64,000 nt of DNA. Origin: Paragordius varius (lineage: Eukaryota; Animalia; Nematomorpha). The notes under the pieces were generated by a model. The model was not told the origin of the DNA and made no database searches. It saw only the letters and a list, made by a program, of their open reading frames with translations. How positions within the stretch are numbered: position 1 is the first letter of the stretch; each line of letters begins with the position of its first letter. Location of the stretch: NCBI GenBank assembly GCA_964247055.1, contig OZ176051.1, positions 12,586,001 to 12,650,000 on the forward strand, written 5' to 3'. Below are positions 49,676-63,560 of this stretch, one piece after another. The position numbers and the translations under genes were made by a program.

Positions 49676-52009
49676 TAACTTATTGATGTATAAATATTTT
49701 CGAATTCATAGGGGTAAAATGCCTGCAATACAGTTTTTTCAATAATATAATCTATATATTTATAAAAATAGAAAATGCTGACTTTGAGATCTGTTTCCGG
49801 AAAACCGGTAGACCCATTCAAATTCAAATCTCGGAAAAATATTGTCATTAATGAGTGCCCCAACAATAGCTTCGCCCTTTTTTGAATTAGCCCTCTAGTT
49901 CGGGCCCACCCCGTGTAAAAACGGTTTTTTTAAAAACAGAAGTCCACACAGTTTGTGTCTGTGAGACAATTTTGTGGAAAACGTGTTGGACCATTCTTTA
50001 TATATGATTTTTTTACTTATTTTCTTTTGCGCCGAACATAGTCGGCTCACCTTTTAATTTAGGCCCTCTTTTTACCCGCTCTCCCAGTAAAATGCCATTT
50101 TTTTCAAAAAAACCTCAAAAATAATTTTTTCTATTTTTTGCCCAAGGTATGAGACCGTATAAAATTCAATGAGGATTCCAGGTATTCCCTGTTAAAAGGC
50201 AAAAATGTTAGTTGTGGGCTTTTCTTATATTGGCAGCTGGGTAAGAAGATACCCGCTAAAAACTGCCCGTCATATGGAAATAGCGTGCCCTTGGGACTAA
50301 ATTCCAAATTTATCAAACCATATGAGTTCAATAGGTGCTTAAAATATTACCCCAGGCAAAAATTTAGGTCTTAGCCGTTAATTAGGCCCTTCACGCCCTA
50401 AAAAATGCGCCATAGAATGCTTTTTCAGTTTTGAGGCAATTTTTCCAAAAACTTATGAGAGCATATGGAATTAAATTATGATTCTAGGTATTCTCCGTAA
50501 AAAAGTAACTATTTTAATCAAGAGCTTTTTTTGTATCAGCTTCTGGGCAGGGTTCTAACCTCCTAAAATTGTGCCACCATATCAAAATTGCGTTGTTTAG
50601 GAGTTAATTTGTAGAATACCTATCAGGCCATATAAATTTAATAAGGGCCTGAAATATTACCCGTAAAAAGGCAAAATTTAAGTCGAGCGGTTTTTTTATT
50701 AGCTGTTAATTAGGCCCTTTACGCCTTAAAAAATGCGCTATCACTGAACTTTTATTCAGTTTTGACAATCTTCCAAAAACTATATGGAATGAATGATGAT
50801 TCCAGGTATTCTCCTATGAAGCCAAAAATTTTTATCGAACGTCTTTTTTATATTGGCCTCTGGGTAGGGGGCTACCCGCCTACAACTGCGCCATCATATC
50901 GATAGAGCTGACTTTGGAGGCAAATTTTAGAAAACTTATCAGGCCATATGAGTTCAATAAGGGCTTAAAATATTACCCGTAAAAAGGCAAAAATTTAAGT
51001 CGAGCGGTTTTATTAAATTACTTAATTAGGCTCTTGCCCTAAAAAATGCGCTATATAGAATGACTTTGAGGCAATTTTTCAAAAATCCTACGAGAGCATA
51101 TAGAATCAATCATGATTCCAGGTATTACCCGAATTAAGGCAAAAATTTTAGTCGAGCGTTTTTTGTTTCGCCCCTGGTTAGGGGGCTATCCGCGTAAAAC
51201 GTCATATCACGATTATTTAGTGTCGAGGTATTTTTTCGAATAATCCATGAGACGATGGTATCGAAGACGATAAATATTTACCCTATAAAAGCAAATAATT
51301 TAACACGGCGCTTTTTCCACATAGGCCTATAGGTAGGGGTCTACTGGTTTAAAACTGAGACGCCATCCAAAAATGGCGTGGCTTTGGAGCTAATTATTAT
51401 AAAACTCAAGAAGCCATACGACCTCAATAAAGGCTTTAAATATTACCCATAAAAAGGTAAAAATTATAGTATAGCGGTTTTTTCCGTTTCAATTTGGGGC
51501 CTTCCCACCAGTAAACAATATATTAGTATGAATGCACAGTTATGAAAATTCTATGAAACACCGTTTTGAAAATCCTATGAGATGATAACTATTAAATAAT
51601 GTTTCATAATGATCCATATATATAGATCACAATTTTGTTGAGCCCTTTTTTAAATGGTAGCTTCGCAGGCTCCAATCCTATTATTAAGCCATAATATCTA
51701 CTCCATAAGGACAAATTACACTCATTACAGTGTTCAACTGCATCACAGGTTATGCATTTATGTATATATAGAAATTTTGCAAATGTGTGTAAGTCAAACC
51801 TCTTTACTCCATAAGGACAAAATTATACATGTCATTTTTATTATTTATATACCAGATGTCAAAAATAAAGCTTTTTTTGCACGGTTCACCCAATAATTGC
51901 CTTTGTTTTTATACTAAGATCATTGCTGAGGAAATATTTTTTGATAACATTGTTTAAATTTGGTGTGCTTAGAGCCTTTATACTCTTAAACCCGATCAAC
52001 AATATATTT

Positions 52010-53320
52010 ACATCCTTTCCCTTTTCTAACGCGGCGCCAGGCACCGTTCCCGAATTTTTGTAGGATAGCTGGTCGCCGTAGGTCCTGGGTATTATTATTG
52101 TTTAGACTTGTGACTGTCTGGGTAATCGATTCGGTTATGTTGTGGGTTATCGTGTTGTGTGGTTTAAATTCAGCTGTTATAATACTACCCTGACAGTGGT
52201 TATGTCCTCATAACCTGTGTTGCTTGATGTGGTTGGACGCTGTTTTGGCTGGTGCATTGTGTTGCTTGATGTAGTTGGTTGCTGTGGCTGGTGCATGATA
52301 TGATCGTGTTTTCTCACGAGTTTCTCCCGTTCTTTGTCCCACATATAACCCTGCGGTTTATGATCTCTCCGGCGTGCCAACCTGGACTTAGCTCATTTTT
52401 GATTATTACTGGGTCATTAATCGCAAACTAACGTCGGGGGCCGGTGCCTCTAATAACCTCGCTCTACTATTTAACCAGGTTAGGGGGTATAGGGTGTTCG
52501 TTTGAATATTAATTGTGTCGGGGTTTCTTTAGTTGAGTGTATGGAGTTTACGCCCATAGACGGTGTTAAAACTTCGTGGGTGCCTATCGCACTATTTTTT
52601 ATTCTATTCTTATTTTTTATAGTATCTACTAACCTTTCTATCATCCCATTACTTTTAGGATGGTAGGGGGCAACTTTACTCATTATTAAAATGATGCGTT
52701 ATCGCTTACTATCTCTCTTGCAAACCCTGCAAAAATTTCTTCTAGTTTGCGGAATATATTCGCAGCGGTTACCTTTTTCAAAATAAACCCATCTGATTAT
52801 ACGCTATCGATTATCAACAACCAACCGATCCGGCTATATCAATATGCAAACGCTCCCACACAGCAAAATTATGATTCCACTGATAAGTGGAATTCTGAGT
52901 TACATTTAGTACGTTGGCACGAATCGTAAAGACTACTGGCTTTTAGCAGGTCGTTTTCTCTCTGACCAATTGCACGTATATCTTGTTATTGCTTTCATGG
53001 TCTCTACGTTGTTATGACCGCGGTGTAAGTATCTCACCCCTTTTGGAGGGGCCTTGGAATTATAACTGATCATTTGAACTTAACAAGTCAATACCATCGA
53101 CTTTATGGTTTACAAACTTTTCTAGTTCTGGATAACTCCAGTCATGGATGTTGTACTCTTTAATTACTTTTTTGGACCAGATCTAACGCGATGTCTTTTC
53201 GAATTTCATATCTACTTAACGTGATGACATTTTGAAAATCTCAGGCTAACCGCATCTTCATCATAGGCATCGATCTCGTCATCGGCCATCTCTATAAATA
53301 ATCACTCTAATCCTTTTTGG
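52010..53320 (-). mobile_element. Paralogue of the old gypsy remnant, LTR largely deleted
   Basis: APYHPKSNGMIERLV (52480-52683); colinear with 32680-33990. Confidence 0.68.
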
Positions 53321-53338
53321 TGACTTAATACAAAATCT

Positions 53339-54085
53339 CAGGGCTTGGAACCGGGACCGCATGGAACCGGAACCAGGTTCCTGGGATTTTAACAAGAACC
53401 GGTTCCATTGGGATGTAATCAACTCGGTTCCCGTTCCACCCACTTAATAACTGGTTCCCATATAATTTTTATTATAAAACTTTATTTTATTATTTAAATT
53501 TGATTGTACCAATAAATATTAAATACTTCAAACCTAAAACTAAGGGCCTAATATTATATTAGCAATACTCTCTGAATTTTGGGCGGGCTGTTTTAAAAAA
53601 AACTATTGGTCATAACTCAAGTTCATTTATAATACACATGGTAGTATATATTGGTGTCCGCTAAAAGGATTTTTTTAACCCTTAATTTATTTTCAGACTT
53701 GAGAAGTTGTTTGCCCAGCAAATTGCTTGGTGCAAAGATTTTTAAAGATACGTAAAGATTTTTTTATGTCATACTTCATTTAACACTCATTTATACCTTT
53801 AAACATTTTCTATTATATTTTTATAATTTGTTTTATTTATTATGCTACACTATATTTCTTTCACTATACATTTGGCAATTTATAATAAATTGTTAGATTT
53901 ATAATTGTTAATAATTGGTTGTATTATTATTATAATAATTTTATGACAAAATCATTTAATCAAAAAAGTCAGGAACCGAAAACGGAGCCGGTTCTAAATG
54001 TAAAGAATCGGTTCTGGAACCGCTAAATTTTTATGGAGCCAACACGGTTCCGGTTCCACTTTTTTTGAACCAGTTCCAAGCCCTG
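53339..54085. mobile_element. hAT MITE, paralogue of 34020-34767
   Basis: CAGGGCTTGGAAC / GTTCCAAGCCCTG; TSD CAAAATCT/CAAAATCG. Confidence 0.85.
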
Positions 54086-54639
54086 CAAAATCGTATTCAT
54101 TTATTTTATTAATCCATCTTAGCATTTTAGCATTAATTTGTTTTAAGTGATCTCTAGTAATTAACTATACTAATGGTATATGATCAGTTAATATACAATT
54201 TTTTACCATATATAAAACTAGGAAACTTTCTTAGCGCAAACAATATTGCATTCAATTCTTTCTCGATAGTAGAATTGCGTTCGGCGTTGCTGCATTTTTG
54301 CGAGGCATACGCTATCGGTACCCTTTCACTAATATCCTCATGACGTAGAATGCACCTGAATCCTAAATCTGATGTCCGTTTCTATTAACAATTTCCTATT
54401 AGGAATATATGGTGTTAAAAACACTTTTCGCTTAATAAATTCATAGCTGCTATATAGCTTTATCATGTTTCTCAGTCCAAGACTTAAAAATCCTTAAAAC
54501 CAAAGTAACGACTTCTTATCCATTGCCCCTTTTAATTTCTTAATTGCCTTGATTTTGCTTTTACATGGGATTATGCCTTTTACGATATTCAAACCCTACA
54601 CTGATTCTGCACCTATCATTACTTTATGTCCCAATCTGA

Positions 54640-55490
54640 ATCCGTTCTTATTGAGGCGACCTAAAAGGTTATTTTGATTATTAATGTGCCCACTTTCCAT
54701 CTTATCATAGAACGTTAAAATACACACAAGTTCCCGGACTGTCACCTATCACCTGTTCCATCACCCGTCAAAAATGATGGGTGTCGTGGCCAGTCCAAAC
54801 GGCATGCGTTTATATCTAAAAAAACCTTGTGTCGAAATGGTTAAATCTCGACACTCCTCGGCCACTGGCATCTGGAGGTACGCGAAGTATTTTCTCCACC
54901 AGAACATTTCAAAAATATTTATCCTTTGTCATTTTTTAATTGCATTTTTATGGCTTGTGAGCTGGAACTTGATGTGTTAACAATGCTACCCAGATATGTA
55001 TGTTCGTTTGCCTCGATTATTTCGTTATTTATTCGAAGCAAAACATAGGTATAAAGGAGTTGGTACGTTAGATTTTGGTGTTGCTGAATTTCAATATTTT
55101 GTATTTTTTGCACACATTTATAAAAGCGCGAAGACTGTTTTGGAGATTTGTCTGTGAATTGGTTATCGTGTCGTCGGTATAATGGAGAGTCGTCAGAGTG
55201 CGACCCCCTACTTTTATTCCTGAAAGATTTAGCTTCCTCGTGATACATTCTAGATAGATGTTGAACAACAAATGATAAGAATGAATTGATTTGGAATTGA
55301 GTTTGATTAAAAGCTTGGATTATGGCTTTCCAGAGAATGTCCGGTAGGTTATAGAGAGCCACGAAGCATGGTGTAGATCATTTCGGTATTCACAATTTTT
55401 TTCCATTATTCAAAAAATGTTGTAGTGGATGATGTCTCGGCATCCTCTTTTTCTAAAACCTGCCTGTGTCATTGAGATTTCAAGACTGGC
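54640..55490 (-). pseudogene. Old non-LTR RT remnant, paralogue of 35400-36330
   Basis: LFNIYLECITRKLNLSGIKVGGRTLTTLHYTDD (55068-55271). Confidence 0.75.
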
Positions 55491-57221
55491 ATAGGTTTTT
55501 AAAAGAAATTGTATTATTTTTGAAACACTTTAGAATCTGAAAAAACATTTTATAGTTACCATATATAGTATTTTACAGTTTTAAAGGTGTCCTGAATGCA
55601 CCAAAATATTTTTTTATCATAGTTTCAACTAACCATATAGCTTATTTCTTAACAAACCAACTTGAAAAACACACTCTATCCTTTATTCCTATTGGCCCCT
55701 ACTTCCCTGCAGCGACTGGACAGATCTGGTCCGCACGCCTCGCACATAAACCCCAAAAAATGAAAATCCAAGATAGAACTCCTTTCTCCGATTCGAATTA
55801 GGGTAGGGGACTTCACGCCTGTTAAGAATCAATATTTTTAAAAATTTGGGGCAAACATTGGTGCAGGAAATACAAAAAAAAGATTTATTTAAAACATGAT
55901 AATAATTAATCAACATGACATTTAGCTTATACAAAAAATAATGAATAATAAACCACTTTTTCTATATCAACGTTAAATGTGATTTAAAAGATTAGTTTAA
56001 TTTATGGATTCAAATAAACACAATATTTTGCAATCAAAATAAGTCGTAGTAGTTTGATATGGAACATTTTTTCAAAATAAATATTATATAGATATTTTGG
56101 CTTATATATAAAATTTTTATGGATAGAAGCTTTTATTTAAATTGGATTTGTACCAATCTTTTAGTAAAGAATTAGGCAAAAATAATATCAATAAAACTAA
56201 TTAAGACGGTTCATTTAAAATTCATGCTTCTTTAAGCTAAATTTATATTTGGAAATAACGCTCCATATCCTACCTTTTCGATGCCATTTAATTTTGCAAC
56301 ATTTTTGCAAAATCGCGCTTTTTTGATTCTAACGCTAAAATTAAAGTTAAGCTATTAAAAAAACATCAAACATTTACATAAACAAAAAAGTGATTTATTT
56401 TGCATTATTTTTATATTAGCTAATGCACATATGTCTTGTTGGCTAAATTTTTACCTCCAGGTTTATCCATAAAATAAGGTATATTAAATTTTTAACTAAC
56501 CCCATTTTTATAATTTGTTGTATCAATGTTTAAATGCTTTTGTGGTTTCAATTTATAACGTACTTCTTAAATTTTTTTATTTTAAACACGCCTGGGGTCC
56601 ATAACGACCCACTCGAAGGACTGAATTGAATGTGTTGTATTCAAGTGTTAAAATAATTATTAATTGAATCATTATTGTTATATGAAATAATTAGGGTTTT
56701 AGTATTCTTCCCTATTCACTTCATGGTTTATTGAGGCGATTTACGGACATTATGGCTTTACAACTAATGATTTTACAAATCATTAGAAAACTGGCCTTTG
56801 CCCTTAACGCATTTTCATGCCCAAGCCAACATTGCGTGAAGGAGGCGATAGGACTTTCTAGGCTTAACCGAAAACGATGAATATATAAATCAGGGTTTTA
56901 AAAATTGGTTAAATTAAATTTTGTATGTTTATTTTTACAAAAACTAAATAACAACAACTATATTTGGATATATATATACTGGTAGAGGTATTTTTTAATA
57001 CAATATATAGATAAATTTAATTCTACCTAGATAATCTCTCTAATGGCTCTTATGCTTTGCTTTTTATCATTTAATTTTATTTTATTATAATATTGGAGGG
57101 CATGTACGTATATTATTAAATTTTGTTTTACTAAAACTAGCCTATATTCACCCATATTTCATTATTATATTTTTATATATCTATTTTTTTATCTTCGGCA
57201 AAAATTTAATATTAGAAAACG

Positions 57222-58107
57222 ATGATTTTCAACATTTTGCGCATAGGTTTCTATGGTTTGACCATCATAGGATTTACATTTTTAATTGGATATATAAGCT
57301 CCCGTAAAAAAGCACGAGATCAAGTATGGTGGAAGTCAAAACAATTCGTATGCCATATAATATTCTTAATTCTACACATAGCTATTTTCATTACAAGCTT
57401 GTTAATGCATATTAAACCCAAATTATGTGTTATTGGAAAGCGGATATCCTTTATCCAACAGACGGTCATGGTTTTAATGAGTATAATGAAATTCGTTTTA
57501 GTCAATGATGCAATGATCAATTGTATAACACTTAAACCATCATTTAAAATATACAAATCCATATTTAATTCAACAGCTATAGTTTTATTTGTTTTGATTG
57601 GTTCCAGAATATTGGCTGCTTTGATTCGATCACCTGATTTTTTAAAGTATGATAGGAAAAAAATACCCCGGTCTATATATTTGCAAAAAATTTCACTTAC
57701 TCTAATTTTAATACGCATTGAGTTTGTTATATTTTTAACGATTACGATATTATTGGCCTTTATTGTTTTAATGCAAAAGTACCGAATTCGTAGTTAACTG
57801 TCCTCAATCAACCCAAAATGTTGAAACAAAAGATTGTTCCATAGCTATACACCATTCATCCGATCGAGAAATCAATATAGAAAATGAAATGGTATTAACA
57901 ACGGAGCGACCACAAAAATGTTTATATTCCAGTGAATATAAAAGCAGTTTAATTGTCATCTTCGGTTGCTTTATGTTCATGGAAATAACTCATATCATTC
58001 TGACTCTTATCCTGATAAAGGGGGCATATATGATTATAACTTTTTTGCAAAATCTCGAAATAGTGTTGGCATTGTTATGGCAACCTGTCGTACCTAAAAT
58101 CTTATAA
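57222..58107 (+). pseudogene. 7TM-like gene B copy 2, 5-bp deletion at ~57793
   Basis: CGTAGTTAAC versus CGTAATCAAGTTAAC in copy 1; track ORFs 57222-57797 and 57889-58107. Confidence 0.72.
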
Positions 58108-58239
58108 AATTATTTGTGTTAAACGTAGTACCAATAAATGTTGTATCTAAATTATAATTCGATTCTCGATGTTATTGATAGCATAAAATTAGGATAATAA
58201 TTGAAAATAATGTCTATCTTATCAAATATTAATATTATA

Positions 58240-60905
58240 CTGAGATATTGATATAAATTTACATTTAAATTTTAGATATTAAATATATAATTTTTAAATC
58301 TCCGTATAGTATAGTAAAAATTTACCTATATATTTGGCTTTATTAAATTATAAATACGTGTGCAAATAAATACAAAGTGCAAATAAATTTTATTAAACAG
58401 ATAGGACAAATAATCTATTATACAGCAATTGGTATGGTAATAACAACATTGATAATATGATATCCATCAAGTTTAATACGTAACATAAAATTGTTAAATA
58501 AAAATTATTAAATCTTTCCACCAAAATTATTATTGTATATATAAACATGTGAACAGCGGATAGTGTTAACAAAATATTTATTAAGTTGCGGGCTTGTAAG
58601 TATTTTTTTAATTTCAAAAAGGTATTAGATAAAATATTATTGGTGTCATTTATGGGGGTTACCGTGGCACTATTAAAAAGTGAAAGGGCATTCCGTATTA
58701 ATCCACCATTCATATTCTGAATGCGTCTTAAATGAATTCTTTTAACTGACAAAAACCACACAGCTCCGAAGAAGAATGACAGGCTTTGCGTAAAACTTCC
58801 ATATCTTATTAAATCAGTTATAGTGGTCATTCGATACGGTAATTTATATATAATAAACATTGGAATGACACCAAATGTATGGTTATTTGAAAAACTTAAA
58901 AAGTAATACGGTTCGTTTTCAGTAAATGGTTGTATGTAGTGATGTAAGATGGTCAAATGTTTGTTGCCATAATCATGGTAATCACTTATATTATGATGCG
59001 ATTGAACAGCCCTATTTAACGTTACAAAATATCCAGACATTAGGATTACGTAAAAGGATACAAAAATGGCATATTGAAAGTAAATGAACCCCATTAAACA
59101 TTTATATAGCCGACGAACTATAAGCATACACCTCAGATAAATGTTAGATAAAATGAAGTCCCTAATCACAATTCGAATTTGCAACAGTATTTCGGCCACG
59201 AAACGATTTAAATACCATGTATAAAGATAACACTCCCAAAATAATGGATTTAATTGAATAAGAGCGTTTTGAATATTGGATATAATTATTGCGATACTAA
59301 TGGCGATATAGAATACAATCAGTAATATTGGGCCCTTATTTTTGTTCAGGAGTTGTTAGCCATCTTCCAAGTTACAAGGGGTATCACAACAGTCAAAATT
59401 GTGAGAAAACATATATCCAAAGACAGTAACCATTTTATTAACATGAGACTCCAATTATTTTTTTAAAACTATTTTTCTTTAAAAATAAACTAATTATATA
59501 AAATTGGGTAAGTGTTAGAATTCAAAATGTTCATGACGCAGTTAATCGTTTTAGCCTATTAATATATCGAATCAACAAGCATCGTAAGTCTTATATTATC
59601 ATTATTAAATTACACAATATTATATTAAATATGAGAAAGATGGCTACATATTTCCCATAATTTTTCTGAATGAACTTCTTTAACATAATTTTCAATGTTA
59701 TTGTAATATCTTAGTTTCATTTTTATTTTTTGGATTATTTATAAGCAACGAAATAATTGTTGCATCAAGTTTAGCCAACGTTAGTTTGAAAATTAAGATG
59801 GTTTTTTAATAATGAATTAGATTGGCCTATAAAGAAAAGTACTATTATCAAAATAATTTATTATTAATCAAATATTTTTTAAATCGTTGCATATATCAAA
59901 TTGCGTGGTAAAAACTTTATCAAGCGTTTTTTATGAATTTCATGGGTTTATTTACAGATAATATAGTAAGATTTTATCAATTTGTGGATATCGTTTAAAA
60001 TCAAAAGTCTCATGTGCCTAAAATTTTGACTTAAACCGAAACAGATTTTGTGAAAATATCGTCAAGATTTTAAATTTATTGATAAACGAATCATTCAATC
60101 AAAATCTTAGGTGATAAAAAGAATCATTTGCAAAAAATATATAATACTAAAGTGTTTATACCGTTTGTAACAAGCTTCAAATTATCATATACATAGGGTA
60201 TAAGATCGCGGGTTATAAAAAATATTACTATTATATATATAAATTCTGATATAAAAATGTATTCGGATTATCATGGTGCTTTTGGTTTTGCCCCTTACGA
60301 GGGAGTAGGAAAGTTATTTACACTTTGGTGGATTTCCTATATCAGAAAATTACAAATTGCGCACATTTTATTTTTTTTGTGAAAGCTAATGCTTATTTCA
60401 AAAGATCTCGCTAATCATAAACTACATATTAAAAGCAAAACAAAATTTTAAATACAATGTTTAAAAGGCCTTTAAAAGTCCCAAATGTTACGCTCTAAAA
60501 TGGTCTGATTCTCTTAAAACGCTAAAATGCCCCAAATGGGAGATAAAAATTAAGTACAAGCTTAATTTTGTTACAATTAAAAATTTATACAAATATAAGA
60601 TACTATAAAACACTTCATATTTATAATTCGATGAAGTTGAATCGCTTCTAATTTAAATCATTCCTTTCAAATTTTAGTATGTAAAAAACACATTTTATTT
60701 AAATACATTTGGAGACCACTAGAGTTCAATCGAAATGAGTTGGAATGTTCAGCATCATTGAATTAAGTGGAAAAAGTTTTTTTTATCATAAAACGTATTT
60801 TAGTTACGCCGAAATAGTATATCGCTACTAAAATTTTGCTATTGATTTAATTTTTAATTTTTTTCTGGCAAATTATTTATTGTTGTCAAAGTTTAGTCTA
60901 TATTT
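58240..60905. repeat. Partial third unit of the segmental duplication
   Basis: Colinear with units 1 and 2 up to CAAAGTTTAGTCTATATTT (~60900), then a short ACTTTGACGCA direct repeat and different sequence. Confidence 0.85.
58393..59444 (-). pseudogene. 7TM-like gene A copy 3, 4-bp deletion at ~59357
   Basis: GTTGTTAGCC versus GTTGTTTTTTAGCC in copy 2. Start codon at 59444; length 1052 versus 1056. Confidence 0.8.
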
Positions 60906-60959
60906 TAACTTTGACGCAAAACTTTGACGCAGTACAAAATTAAAACATGCCTGTTTTTG

Positions 60960-63560
60960 GAAATTATTTTACACTTTTGAAAGTGCTTCGAACAAAATTG
61001 CAAAAGATGGGCATTTGAAATATATTTTTTGTTAAAAGCTGAATGCTTTATTTCAAAAATATCACTAAACTATAACATAAACTACATATAAAAAGCATAA
61101 CAATATTTTTTTTAAATAATTAAATTTTTAAATGTGGGCTCTGAAGTCAATTTTTTTAATCTTTTAAAAAGGACTGAGGTCCTTAAACGCAAAATTTCGA
61201 CATTGTGCATTAATTTTAATATATTTTTATGTCAACTAGATAAATTTTTTAAAAATCATACTTTCAAAAATTTGATTTTTAGCAAAATTTTGTTGAGGCA
61301 TACTTTAAATTATTTTGAGCATAATGGAAATATATATATATATATAATTTGATGATGCTAATTTCTCAATCAGAATATGATTTAATTATTCTGTTTTTAA
61401 ATTTATGTTAAATTAAAATGATGTTTTTCACAAAAATTTACAAACAAACCTTTAAATTAAAATTCTAAATGTATAACATCATCGAATTTTTAGAATAAGG
61501 GTTGTATTACATCTTAAAACCTTATACCGTTTCCATCGAGCTTCAAAATTTAGAAGTACGCTAAATCTCAAATTTGTTTATGCAAAAAAAGAAAATTATT
61601 AAAAATTAAAGTTTAGGATAAAAATTAATCATACCTCTCACCTATTGAGTATGTAAAACGTAAAAACTCTTAAATTTATAAAAAAAAGGTTATTTTGAAA
61701 TCATATGCCATATAATATATATCAGGAATAAATTTTCTATATAAATTTCCGTTTGATAATTATAACAAAACATGAACTTTCTAAACCTGATCAAACATTT
61801 ATTAAAAAATTATATTTTAATTTTGTTAGTTTTAAATTTTGAGGCACCTCTTTTTGCGGAAGTAACTGAAATAGCCTGATCTTACGTGCGAAAGGTTGCA
61901 ATCCTAAATATGTATTCGAGCAGAAAATAAAATATTATCCAATTATAAATAGGCCAAGTTTTTACCGCAAAATGAAACATTTTTTACAAACTATGGGGTT
62001 ATTTTTACGGGTACTATATTAAATTCTATAATATTTTTTGAATAAATAAAATTAATATATATTTATAAAAAATTATTATTATTTATTAAAAAAAGCAGTA
62101 CAAAAATGGGCGCTGTACAGGAGCAGTTTTTTTCCAAAAACCCAGCATTGTACTGTAATGTGACCAGATATTTAGAACTTGGACTAATGTGATTAGATAG
62201 GCTGTTTTTCGCAGTACAGTACTGGATTTTCAGAAAAAAAAACTGCGACTGCACTGCGCCCACTTTTGTTCTGCTTTTTGAAATTAAATAATAATTATTT
62301 ATGAATATTTTATTATACATTTAATTTATAAAAAAAAATATTTTAGAATATGATATAGTGACTGTAAAAATAACCCCATAATTTGTAAAGTAATGGTTCA
62401 TTTTGCAGTAAAAAAACTAATCCTAACCTATTTTTAATTGGTTAATATTTTATTTTCCAGAGTTATGAATAAATATGGATTTTGGATCGATCAAACCGCT
62501 TATGATTGCAGGCTTTCGCGAAGTGGCGAAACTATAAATCTAGGACCCCACGGTGAGATTCGGGCTAATTGCCTTTCACTCAGAGCTTCCCCAAAAAGAG
62601 GTGCCTCAAAATTTAAAATTAACAAAGTTAATTTATTATTTTTAATAAATGTTTGTTCAAGTTTAGAGAGTTCATATTTTTTATAATTATCAAACTGAAA
62701 ATTATATAGAAAATTGTTATTCCCGTAACATATTATATAAAATTTATTATATATGCATAAGATTTCGAAAAAACCTTTTTTTCGTATCAAAAAATTAAGG
62801 TTTTGTACGTTTTCACTTGTCATGTGCAAGGTATTATATTTCCTATTTTTTTCTTAAATATATTTTTATTAGTTTTCTTACTATTTGCATTTGAGATATT
62901 TTGTTGAATCGTACTTCTAACGATGATGAAGCATGATGGAAACGGTATAACGCTTTAATTAATAAAACCCTTTTCTGAATAATTCGATGATGTTGAACAT
63001 TCAGAATAATTTAAGGTTTGTTTGCTAGCAAATTTTGGTGAATTTTTGTAAAAAACACAATTTTTATTTAACGAACGAATATTTTAATCAAAATTCTGAG
63101 TGAGAAAAATATTTAAGATTAGGGAATCTAATATATAAAGTGTTATGAATTCTCAACCGTTTATATCGTTTCCCTCATGCTCAAAGTAATAAGAGATATA
63201 CCTCAACAAGATTTTGCGAAAAAATAAATTTTTGAAGTATGCATATTTTAAAAAATATATCTAGTTGATATCAAATTTAGCTATTTAAGATTATTGCACA
63301 ATGTCGGAATTTTCGCGTATTTTAAGAGAACAGTCCATTTTAAAAGAACCAAAAATTTGGAACTTTCAGAGCTCACATCTAAAAATTTTAAATTTTTAAA
63401 AATATAATTGTTTTTTTATGTAGTTTATTTTATATTTTAGTGATATTTTTTGAAATAAAGCATTTAGCTTTTATCAAAAAATATATATGACAAAATTGCG
63501 CACCTTTTGCAATTTTATACGGAGCACCTACCACAAAAGTGTAAATAACTTTCTTTAATA
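60960..63560. repeat. ~2.6-kb imperfect palindrome (foldback-like), centre ~62185
   Basis: Mirrored blocks such as AAATTTTGAGGCACCTCTTTTTG (61834) / CAAAAAGAGGTGCCTCAAAATTT (62592) and CGACATTGTGCA (61198) / TGCACAATGTCG (63295). 63640-63960 repeats the left arm directly. Confidence 0.75.

Larger units (their letters stand above)
38964..58239. repeat. Tandem segmental duplication unit 2 (~12.8 kb once insertions are removed)
   Basis: Colinear with unit 1 after removing 40776-43857 and 45166-48588. Confidence 0.9.

Noticed and set aside
38964-60905. The duplication being an uncollapsed-haplotype assembly artefact
   Set aside because: The units differ by many substitutions and indels and by five unit-specific insertions with empty sites, and there are three gene A copies. 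Long-read confirmation is still advisable for the near-identical gene A tract.
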